DNA of 28,888 bases from a virus (lineage: Duplodnaviria; Caudoviricetes), in IMG/VR virus record IMGVR_UViG_3300030330_000848, positions 1-28,888 of that record; one strand, written 5' to 3'. The notes beneath the pieces were generated by a model. That model was not told the origin of the DNA and did not search any database. It saw only the letters and a program-made list of their open reading frames with translations. Within the stretch, counting starts at the first letter, position 1, and each line of letters begins with the position of its first letter. The position numbers and the translations under genes were made by a program. Of this stretch, positions 8,263-15,195 are shown piece after piece.

Positions 8263-8648
8263 ATATAACTAACCTTATATATATCTTAATTACTGTTTTA
8301 TTTTTTATAATAGGAGTAGCTAGTGGTCAAGATTTTATAACGGAATCTAATTTTGAAGATAAGATTGCTAAAGATATTGTTGCTGTAGAATTTTGGGTTG
8401 AATGGAATAAATCAAATGAATTTGCAGATTTTACTAAGTTGAATGACTGTGAAAAGTATAGAGTAGACATAGGAAGATTCCCAAGCATACAAAAGAAGTA
8501 TAATGTAACCTGTATACCTACAGTTATTATATTTGAAAGCGGTGAAGAAAAGGACAGGTTTAAGGCAAATATTATGTTTCAACTAGATGCAACAAAAAAG
8601 GACGTGCAAAAAAGCATAGACAATTTGATGTTAGCAAAATTTGAATAA
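8259..8648 (+). CDS. Exported thioredoxin-fold protein lacking CxxC
   Basis: Signal ending ASG|Q; VAVEFWVEWNKSN aligns to DFWAEWCGPC; YNVTCIPTVIIF matches the cis-Pro loop. Confidence 0.75.
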   Translation: MNITNLIYILITVLFFIIGVASGQDFITESNFEDKIAKDIVAVEFWVEWNKSNEFADFTKLNDCEKYRVDIGRFPSIQKKYNVTCIPTVIIFESGEEKDRFKANIMFQLDATKKDVQKSIDNLMLAKFE

Positions 8649-9175
8649 TGAGAATAAGCAAAAATTTCACATTAGCAGAACTTACTAAAAGCAATACAGC
8701 TACAAGACTTGGTATTTCTAACACACCCGACAAGGAAGGAATACATAAACTCAGGCTTTTAGCCACTGAACTTTTACAACCACTCAGGAATGCAGTAGGT
8801 CCTCTAAGGGTAACAAGTGGCTATAGGTCTGAAAGTCTAAACAAAGCAATAGGTGGTAGTTTTAAACTTGATGAAGATGGAAACTATGTTGCACTATCAC
8901 AACATTGTAAATGCGAAGCTGTGGATTTGCAATTTGTTAAGCGTGGCAGTATGGACAATATGAGAATCTTTAATGCTATTGTAACACTAGGTTTAGATTT
9001 TGATCAGCTTATATTAGAGTTTGGCGGTGCAACAGCAGACAAGGATAGTGACAATCCTGATTGGATTCATATAAGTTGGAAGATAACAGGAAACAGAAGG
9101 CAAATTCTAGTTGCTTATAAAGACGAAAATAACAGGACTAAATATAGACCTAAAAAGAACTATTACGCAATATGA
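8648..9175 (+). CDS. Endolysin, peptidase M15A family
   Basis: SKNFTL.E, TSGYRS..LN.AIGG, SQH...AVD, WIHISW zinc-peptidase motifs. Confidence 0.9.
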   Translation: MRISKNFTLAELTKSNTATRLGISNTPDKEGIHKLRLLATELLQPLRNAVGPLRVTSGYRSESLNKAIGGSFKLDEDGNYVALSQHCKCEAVDLQFVKRGSMDNMRIFNAIVTLGLDFDQLILEFGGATADKDSDNPDWIHISWKITGNRRQILVAYKDENNRTKYRPKKNYYAI

Positions 9176-9555
9176 GTATAATAGGCAAAATACTAAGCGG
9201 TAATGTATTAAAAGATGTTAATAACATTGTTGATACGTTACACACAAGTCCTGTCGAGAAAAAAGAAATAAAACTTAAATTTAAACAACTTTTAGCTGAT
9301 GCTGAAAGTAAAGCACAAGAACAAGTAACGAGAAGGTGGGAAGCTGATAGTAAGGCGGGGTGGTTGCCTGCTAATATTAGACCATTGACTCTAGCTTTTT
9401 TAACTATGATATTTGTAATAATATCTTTTTTTGATGGTAATGTAGGCAGTTTCAAAATGAATCCTATTTATGTACCTGTCTATCAAACACTAATGATGGT
9501 TGTATATTCTGCATATTTTGCAGGAAGAAGTATAGAAAAAATTAAAAAGAAATAA
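9172..9555 (+). CDS. Holin (GTA-type 3TM holin-like)
   Basis: RW.AD...WL..NIRP motif followed by two TM helices and YF.GRS.EK; ATGA-coupled to endolysin. Confidence 0.75.
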   Translation: MSIIGKILSGNVLKDVNNIVDTLHTSPVEKKEIKLKFKQLLADAESKAQEQVTRRWEADSKAGWLPANIRPLTLAFLTMIFVIISFFDGNVGSFKMNPIYVPVYQTLMMVVYSAYFAGRSIEKIKKK

Positions 9556-10292
9556 AACAATTAAAAGAATATCGGTTACGCTTAACAAAGTCGGAACACG
9601 ACTTAATAAAAAATATACGCCAATCCGAAGGTAATGGCTTAAATAACGTCCTTGTTATTGGTGATCTTCACGAACCATTTTCACTTGATAAATACTTAGA
9701 ATTTTGTATATCCAAATATGACGAATTTGATTGTACAGAAGTTGTATTTATTGGTGACGTTATAGACAATCATTATAGCTCTTTTCACGAAGTTAATATA
9801 GATGCTGAGTATTCAGGTAAACAAGAGCTTGAATTTGCAGTAGAACGTATTGCTAGGTGGTATAAAGCATTCCCAAAAGCTACAGTAATAATCGGTAATC
9901 ACGATCGTATGGTTATGCGTAAAGCACAAACATCTGCTATACCTAGCAAGTGGATTAAAAGCTACAAAGAAGTGTTAGAAGTGCCAGGTTGGAATTTTGT
10001 AGAAAGATATGTTAAGGACGGTGTTCAGTATATCCACGGTGAAGGGGGAACAGCACGTACAAAATGTAGAGCAGATATGATGAATACTGTGCAGGGACAT
10101 TTACACACACAGGCTTACTGTGAACATTATGTTGGTCAGAATTTTAGAGTATTTGGAATGCAGGTTGGGTGTGGTATTGACCACGAAAGTTACGCGATGG
10201 CGTACGCTAAATATGGCAAAAAACCATGTGTCGGTTGTGCGGTTATTTGCAATTCAGGAAAATTTGGAATAAATTTACTAATGGAATTATGA
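9552..10292 (+). CDS. Calcineurin-like metallophosphoesterase (non-canonical start; ORF track shows only the C-terminal half)
   Basis: Frame open from 9546: LVIGDLHEP, FIGDVID, IGNHD, YIHGE, QGHLH; ATA at 9552 overlaps the holin TAA. Confidence 0.85.
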   Translation: MKQLKEYRLRLTKSEHDLIKNIRQSEGNGLNNVLVIGDLHEPFSLDKYLEFCISKYDEFDCTEVVFIGDVIDNHYSSFHEVNIDAEYSGKQELEFAVERIARWYKAFPKATVIIGNHDRMVMRKAQTSAIPSKWIKSYKEVLEVPGWNFVERYVKDGVQYIHGEGGTARTKCRADMMNTVQGHLHTQAYCEHYVGQNFRVFGMQVGCGIDHESYAMAYAKYGKKPCVGCAVICNSGKFGINLLMEL

Positions 10293-10426
10293 GTGAAAAT
10301 AAACACATATACGCAAAAGATATTAAATTAGACGCGGAATATACTTATGATAAAAACCATAAAAAAGTATATAACTTAAAAAAGTTACGCAGACACTTTA
10401 ATATTATATTAAAGAACTTAAAATAG
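10289..10426 (+). CDS. Small basic hypothetical protein, 45 aa (MSENKHIYAK...)
   Basis: ATGA overlap with the phosphoesterase stop favours 10289 over 10226 as start. Confidence 0.55.
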   Translation: MSENKHIYAKDIKLDAEYTYDKNHKKVYNLKKLRRHFNIILKNLK

Positions 10427-10503
10427 AATAGCACCTGTATACAGGGTTTAATCTCCTGTTGCCCTGTAATATAAATAGTGTTCAATGCAGGTGCTTATTC
10501 TAT
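10423..10503. other. Long inverted-repeat structure at the convergence of the two transcription directions
   Basis: ATAGAATAGCACCTGTAT pairs with ATGCAGGTGCTTATTCTAT; inner ACAGGG/CCCTGT stem. Confidence 0.7.
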
Positions 10504-10710
10504 CCAGTACGACTTTACATTTGCTGTATTGCCATATCTGGTGTTTACAGTAATGTATTTAGATTGGATATTTACTCCTATGTCTTTAAGCTGCCTGATC
10601 ACTCCTTGCAAATCTGCAATTCCTAAATCGTACATAGCATTAAAAGTTGATATTGTTTTACCTTCTTTTAGATAGTTATATAATGTGTGTTTTTGTGTTC
10701 CTTTTTTCAT
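10495..10710 (-). CDS. Winged helix-turn-helix DNA-binding protein (HTH_39-like)
   Basis: TQ...LYNYLKEGKTIST..A....GI..L...I..LK..G..I pattern. Confidence 0.75.
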   Translation of the reverse strand: MKKGTQKHTLYNYLKEGKTISTFNAMYDLGIADLQGVIRQLKDIGVNIQSKYITVNTRYGNTANVKSYWIE

Positions 10711-10712
10711 AA

Positions 10713-10961
10713 TTAAGTAGTTAATAAGTTTTTAAAATATTCTTCTTGTACAGGATCATCTTCAATGACTCCTATTATTTTAAACTGAGCATCGCCTTGT
10801 TCTCTTAATTGCTTAAGAAAGCTGTCTAGTTGTTTTTCTGTTCCTTTAAAGCTAATATGGTTGTAGCTAGATTCTATGTCAGTTGTTTGCACTCCTGATA
10901 TAAATGGATCATTTAGTTGCACATTCCAATAGCCTTTGCCTTGTATTATGTATTTATTCAT
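10713..10961 (-). CDS. Hypothetical early protein
   Basis: ATG at 10961 (MNKYIIQG) overlaps the end of the upstream small ORF; track start 10979 is a TTG. Confidence 0.65.
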   Translation of the reverse strand: MNKYIIQGKGYWNVQLNDPFISGVQTTDIESSYNHISFKGTEKQLDSFLKQLREQGDAQFKIIGVIEDDPVQEEYFKNLLTT

Positions 10962-11106
10962 CTTCAGTAATTTTTTCAAAATACCAAGTAAAATCTAACC
11001 TGCTATTTATTAGTTTATAATTTGGGTTTTTTGACTCAAATTTGATAGCCTTTTTCATAGCTGATGGAGTTGTTGTATCAAATGTTGCTATTTCTATATT
11101 TTTCAT
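10954..11106 (-). CDS. Small hypothetical early protein, 50 aa (MKNIEIATFDTTTPS...)
   Basis: Not in ORF track; overlaps both neighbours, ATGA coupling to the upstream ORF. Confidence 0.6.
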   Translation of the reverse strand: MKNIEIATFDTTTPSAMKKAIKFESKNPNYKLINSRLDFTWYFEKITEDE

Positions 11107-11243
11107 AATCCTTTTTTTATTTGTTTAACAATGTACTCTAAATCACCTAGTTTAGTTATATATTCAGTACGTTCATTAGAATCTTTTATATTGTCAGCTA
11201 AGACAAATAATTCGTATATGTGGTCTAGCATTTTTTCTTTCAT
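11103..11243 (-). CDS. Small hypothetical early protein, 46 aa (MKEKMLDHIYELFVLAD...)
   Basis: Not in ORF track; first gene after the leftward promoter. Confidence 0.6.
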   Translation of the reverse strand: MKEKMLDHIYELFVLADNIKDSNERTEYITKLGDLEYIVKQIKKGL

Positions 11244-11271
11244 TACAAAGTATTTTAATAATTAGTATACA

Positions 11272-11279
11272 CAAATATA
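11272..11279 (-). promoter_or_regulatory. Bacteroidota-type -7 promoter element for the leftward operon
   Basis: TATATTTG on minus strand matches TAnnTTTG, 28 nt before the ATG at 11243; no clear -33 TTG. Confidence 0.6.
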
Positions 11280-11319
11280 TGTAAAATAAATTTAACACGG
11301 AATAAACATTTCTTTTATT

Positions 11320-11344
11320 TTATTAACATTTGTATTGTTAATAA
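11320..11344. promoter_or_regulatory. Inverted repeat, candidate operator
   Basis: TTATTAACA-N7-TGTTAATAA between divergent promoters. Confidence 0.55.
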
Positions 11345-11359
11345 GTAATTCGTATTAAA

Positions 11360-11390
11360 TTGTTTTTATATAAAATAATGTTTATTATTG
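11360..11390 (+). promoter_or_regulatory. Bacteroidota-type rightward promoter
   Basis: TTG-N20-TATTATTG, one mismatch to TAnnTTTG, upstream of the HTH gene. Confidence 0.5.
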
Positions 11391-11414
11391 CTGTATAATT
11401 TTAAATATTTAATT

Positions 11415-11630
11415 ATGAATGAAAAACTAAAAAGGATTATAGGTTATGCTATGTATGAGAATGACTTAACTAAATTAGAGTTGTCCGAGTATATGGATAT
11501 GAGTTATCCAACCATGCTAAATAAACTAAAAGAACCTGGAACACTTAAAATAAGTGAAGCCGAAAGATTATGTGCAATACTTAATCTAAATTTAACTGAT
11601 TTTTTAACTAATAATAATAAAGATGAATAA
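11415..11630 (+). CDS. Cro/C1-type HTH regulator
   Basis: LTKLELSEYMDMSYPTMLNKLK...LKISEAERLCAILN; ATG 11415 preferred over TTG 11388. Confidence 0.8.
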   Translation: MNEKLKRIIGYAMYENDLTKLELSEYMDMSYPTMLNKLKEPGTLKISEAERLCAILNLNLTDFLTNNNKDE

Positions 11631-12021
11631 AAGAGATATTTTAAATAGATTATTTGTAGAAAATAATTTAACAGAAGAAGATGTATTTAAACATCAACAC
11701 TACACTATAATAACACGAAGCGGTATTGAGAAAATACAAGCTAATTTGCAAATTTATTGTGAATATGAAGTTATTAAATGTGAACCTCATTTTGCAGTTG
11801 TAAAAGCAAAAGGTGAAATAACAGATGAAAAATTTGTACAGACATTTGGTAGTGCTTTAAAAGGTAATACATTTAAAGACGGAAATACTAATAGTTGGTA
11901 TGTAATGGAGATGGCAGAAAAAAGAGCAATGTCAAGAGCAGTTTTAAAATTAGCAGGTTTTTACGAACTTGGTGTTTTTGGCGAAGATGAAAGCGAATCA
12001 TTTAAAAGAAGTAATAATTAA
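11623..12021 (+). CDS. Putative single-strand annealing protein (Rad52/Sak-like)
   Basis: AVVKA.G...TFGSA...MAEKRAMSRAVL...G.F..DE pattern; adjacent to SSB-like gene. Confidence 0.5.
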   Translation: MNKRDILNRLFVENNLTEEDVFKHQHYTIITRSGIEKIQANLQIYCEYEVIKCEPHFAVVKAKGEITDEKFVQTFGSALKGNTFKDGNTNSWYVMEMAEKRAMSRAVLKLAGFYELGVFGEDESESFKRSNN

Positions 12022-12034
12022 TAAATAAATAAAT

Positions 12035-12364
12035 ATGTATAAAATTAACGGAAGAATAACAAATATAGAAGATCAAAATATTAACACAGCAAATGGTGAT
12101 TTTGTAAAAAAATTAATTACAATTGAGGAATCAGATTCTGGATTTAGTCACACTATGCAATTTGAATTGTTTGGTAAAACTAAAGCTGATATAATAGAAC
12201 ACTCAAAAAAATTAGCTGTAAATCAATATGTAGATATTGACTTTTACATCAAGTGTAGAGAATATAAAGGTAAGTTTTATAATACTCTAATGATTAAAAA
12301 TTGTAGAATAAGATCAGAAGAAACTATGGAATCTTTAGCAAGTGATAGTAATACACCCTTTTAA
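12035..12364 (+). CDS. DUF3127-like OB-fold protein, probable SSB
   Basis: F.LFG, V.IDF.I..REYKGKFYN motif; acidic tail ending in PF. Confidence 0.75.
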   Translation: MYKINGRITNIEDQNINTANGDFVKKLITIEESDSGFSHTMQFELFGKTKADIIEHSKKLAVNQYVDIDFYIKCREYKGKFYNTLMIKNCRIRSEETMESLASDSNTPF

Positions 12365-12370
12365 TTATTG

Positions 12371-12396
12371 CCCCCTTGAAATATAGGGGGTTTTTT
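12371..12396 (+). terminator. Intrinsic terminator after the SSB-like gene
   Basis: CCCCCT-TGAAATAT-AGGGGG-TTTTTT. Confidence 0.75.
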
Positions 12397-12408
12397 ATAT
12401 ATTTAACT

Positions 12409-13173
12409 ATGAAAAAAACTTATTTTTTACATCAATCAGATAGCTTTACAGATTACAAAATAATAAGGATGCGTAGTAAACTCGGTATAGAATCGTATGG
12501 TATTTTCTGGGCAGTATTAGAATTATTATTCAAAGAAGAAAACAAATTATGTATTGATGACTATGAGCCTTTAGCATATAGTTTACAATGTGATGCAGAC
12601 AAATTAAAGGCTGTAATAGAAGATTTTGATTTATTTGTAATAGAGGATGGTTGTTTTTATTCTAAACGTTTAAATGAGCATATAGAAGAAATAAATAACA
12701 AGTCAAATAAAGCTAAAGAAAATGCAGCTAAAAGATGGAATAATGCAAACGCAATGCCATCGCATAGCAAACGCAATGCTAGTATTAGTATTAGTAATAG
12801 TAAAAGTATTAATATTAATAAAAGAATAGAGGACTTTAAAAAGTCCATACACGCACTAGAAGATATAAGTGATGAAGATAAAAATGATTTTTTCTTGTAT
12901 TGGTCAGAACTTAATAAGTCCACTAACAAACCTAAAATGCGTTGGGAGTTAGAAAAAACTTGGTCACTTAATTTACGTATAAAAAGATGGCAAAGAATGA
13001 ATAGTAATTTTACTAAGAAATCTAAATTCCCTGAATACTATGACGAATACACATATAAGAAACTTGATAATAAAGGACAGCAAGAATATACTAGGTATTT
13101 AAAAGACTTAGGGTTTGAAACAGTATATAGTCCAACAGCAGGTACAGTATGGCGTAAAAAACATAAAGTATGA
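12409..13173 (+). CDS. Putative replication initiator (DUF4373/Lin1244-like N-terminus)
   Basis: YF.H.SD...D.KI..MR.KLG...YGIFW..LE.L; internal low-complexity linker; helical C-terminal domain; ATG 12409 preferred. Confidence 0.7.
   Translation: MKKTYFLHQSDSFTDYKIIRMRSKLGIESYGIFWAVLELLFKEENKLCIDDYEPLAYSLQCDADKLKAVIEDFDLFVIEDGCFYSKRLNEHIEEINNKSNKAKENAAKRWNNANAMPSHSKRNASISISNSKSININKRIEDFKKSIHALEDISDEDKNDFFLYWSELNKSTNKPKMRWELEKTWSLNLRIKRWQRMNSNFTKKSKFPEYYDEYTYKKLDNKGQQEYTRYLKDLGFETVYSPTAGTVWRKKHKV
12745..12830. repeat. Iteron-like 11-bp repeats plus AT-rich hexamer tract (candidate origin)
   Basis: GCAAACGCAAT/GCCATCGCATA/GCAAACGCAAT then TAGTAT TAGTAT TAGTAA TAGTAA AAGTAT TAATAT TAATAA. Confidence 0.6.
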
Positions 13174-13733
13174 AGTATAGTATAATATATGCTGACCCAC
13201 CTTACAGCTATTACAATGACAAAACAGTCAATGTAGATTGTACAACTGTTAAAGGTATGCGCAGACCTCCTTACCCCGTAATGAGTAGTAAGGATATAAT
13301 GAATTTACCAATAGAAAATATTGCAGATGATAATTGTATTTTATTTATATGGACTACAGACTATCATTTAGAAAAGTGCATAAATATTATTAATGCTTGG
13401 GGTTTTACTTATAAAACTGTTGCTTTTCAATGGATTAAATTAAATAAACAAAATAAACCTGTATGCTTTATGGGTGCTTATACAATGAAGTCTGGCATAG
13501 AAACTTGTTTATTAGCTACAAAAGGTAAAAAAGCACATAAAATGGTTATCAAAAAAAATATAAGAAGTTTAATACAATATAAAAGAGAACAACATTCTAA
13601 AAAACCAAACGAAGTAAAAAAAAGAATAGTAGAACTTTTAGGTGATAGACCAAGAATAGAATTATTTGCTAGACAAAAAACAGAAGGGTGGGATATTTGG
13701 GGTAACGAATTAGAAAATAGTATTAACTTATGA
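13170..13733 (+). CDS. MT-A70 family adenine methyltransferase
   Basis: IIYADPPY, LFIWTT, WGF.YKT.AF.W.K, HSKKP, RIELFAR, GWD.WGNE. Confidence 0.93.
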   Translation: MKYSIIYADPPYSYYNDKTVNVDCTTVKGMRRPPYPVMSSKDIMNLPIENIADDNCILFIWTTDYHLEKCINIINAWGFTYKTVAFQWIKLNKQNKPVCFMGAYTMKSGIETCLLATKGKKAHKMVIKKNIRSLIQYKREQHSKKPNEVKKRIVELLGDRPRIELFARQKTEGWDIWGNELENSINL

Positions 13734-13846
13734 TTGAAGTATTAAAACATTTATTTGGCATTTGTGGTGAACCACATATTAACATATTTACAATCCTAAT
13801 GACAACACCAATAGTATCTTATTTAATTTATAAATTTTACAGATGA
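13730..13846 (+). CDS. Small membrane peptide, 38 aa (MIEVLKHLFGICGEPHINIF...)
   Basis: Not in ORF track; ATGA overlaps at both ends; hydrophobic C-terminal half. Confidence 0.75.
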   Translation: MIEVLKHLFGICGEPHINIFTILMTTPIVSYLIYKFYR

Positions 13847-14205
13847 AAGAATATCAATTACAAAAAGCTGTGTGCAAATACTTAGATCTACAAGGGTATT
13901 TATATTGTTCTACAATGGGTGGACAATATCAAAAATATCACAGCCAACGAAACAAAGCAAAAGCGACAGGTTATAAAAAAGGAATACCAGATATTATTAT
14001 TTATGAACCAATCAAAAAACTAGATTCAGATGAATACTTTCACGGACTAGCAATTGAGTTAAAAGTTGGTTATAATAAACCTACAAAATATCAATGGGCT
14101 TGGATAGAAATGTTAAGACAAAAAGATTATATTGCTGAAGTGTGTTATGATTTAGATTCTGCAATTAGTGTTATAGAAACATATATGGGCGGATTTATAA
14201 AATAA
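13843..14205 (+). CDS. VRR-NUC family PD-(D/E)xK nuclease (possible resolvase)
   Basis: E..LQ, G.KKGIPDIII, GLAIELK, KPT..Q..W. Confidence 0.88.
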   Translation: MKEYQLQKAVCKYLDLQGYLYCSTMGGQYQKYHSQRNKAKATGYKKGIPDIIIYEPIKKLDSDEYFHGLAIELKVGYNKPTKYQWAWIEMLRQKDYIAEVCYDLDSAISVIETYMGGFIK

Positions 14206-14210
14206 AAAAT

Positions 14211-14417
14211 ATGAAATTACCAATAACATTTGACCTAACTCCAAAAGGCAAAATAGTAAAAAGAAAAAATATAGGAGAAAGCGGCTATGCTGATAATATA
14301 CAATATACATTACAATTTAATGTTCAGGAAGATGGAGTTTATATTTCTTATTATGGTGAAGATGATACGTATATAGATGAAGATAGAATAAGTGAGATAA
14401 TTAAAATAATACAATGA
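14211..14417 (+). CDS. Hypothetical protein
   Basis: 68-aa ORF tightly packed in the operon. Confidence 0.6.
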   Translation: MKLPITFDLTPKGKIVKRKNIGESGYADNIQYTLQFNVQEDGVYISYYGEDDTYIDEDRISEIIKIIQ

Positions 14418-14695
14418 AAGTAAAGCCGACATTTTTTAATAGTAGAAAGGACAGATTGCATTGGAATCACGTAGATACTAACAACTACTTGTTTACAATT
14501 TTATTCGATAGTGGTGCTGAATTGAATTTTATTTTAAGAGATTTGAAAAAAAACGAAAGTATATTAAATTATATTTATAAAAAACTACATAGTAGATTTG
14601 ACAATATTATAGAGATACACACAAGCAAATTATCTAATGTAGAATACAACTTAATGAAGAAATATAAAATACCTTCGGTGATTAAAATATGTTAG
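14414..14695 (+). CDS. Hypothetical protein
   Basis: 93-aa ORF with ATGA coupling. Confidence 0.55.
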   Translation: MKVKPTFFNSRKDRLHWNHVDTNNYLFTILFDSGAELNFILRDLKKNESILNYIYKKLHSRFDNIIEIHTSKLSNVEYNLMKKYKIPSVIKIC

Positions 14696-15195
14696 ACGAA
14701 TACCTTATTAAAAACTATGACAGGCTAAAAGATGTAGCATTGAACATAGCGGGTATCAAAGAGTATGAAGAATTATTGCATTTTGTTATTGAAGAACTAT
14801 ATAAATGTGATCAAATACGATTAAGAGAAATAATAGAAAAGAATCAGATGACATTTTATGCTGTTAGAGTTATGATGAATCAATATCATTCTAAAACTAG
14901 CAGATACTATTATAAGTACAAAAAGTATTATGAATATCATTCAACACAAACTATAGAATGTATAAGTGCTGATAAATCTAAAAGCACTAAAAAGAAAAAA
15001 GAAGAAATAGAAGTTAAATTAGATTGGATAGAGGAAAAATTAAAAGATTTATATTGGTTTGATGCTGAGGTATTTAAATTATATTATAGAGAAAATTTTA
15101 GCTTATCAGAAATGGCTAAGGCAACTAAGATCAATAAAAACACATTATACAAAGCAATTAGAAACGTAAAAAACTATTTAATAAATGAAAGATAA
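14689..15195 (+). CDS. ECF-like RNA polymerase sigma factor / sigma-70 region 4 regulator
   Basis: Region-2-like Y..L...A..I.....EELLH.V...L; region-4 L..L.WFD.EVF.LYY....SLSEMAKATKINKNTLY. Confidence 0.75.
   Translation: MLDEYLIKNYDRLKDVALNIAGIKEYEELLHFVIEELYKCDQIRLREIIEKNQMTFYAVRVMMNQYHSKTSRYYYKYKKYYEYHSTQTIECISADKSKSTKKKKEEIEVKLDWIEEKLKDLYWFDAEVFKLYYRENFSLSEMAKATKINKNTLYKAIRNVKNYLINER

Noticed and set aside
9909-10292. 127-aa ORF as a whole gene or as a truncated pseudogene
   Set aside because: The frame is open upstream to 9546 and contains the missing catalytic motifs intact
10431-10494. Pistol, twister or hammerhead ribozyme
   Set aside because: Has a hairpin followed by UAAAUAG reminiscent of pistol, but I could not fit the pseudoknot, GCG or P3, nor hammerhead or twister cores, on either strand
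10478-10675. Plus-strand 65-aa ORF
   Set aside because: Antisense to the clear wHTH gene 10495..10710
12376-12408. TTG start of the initiator gene
   Set aside because: Lies within the terminator hairpin; the family motif begins just after ATG 12409
13170-14205. Methylase plus nuclease as a restriction-modification system
   Set aside because: The nuclease has VRR-NUC features typical of phage recombination modules, and MT-A70 genes are common orphans there
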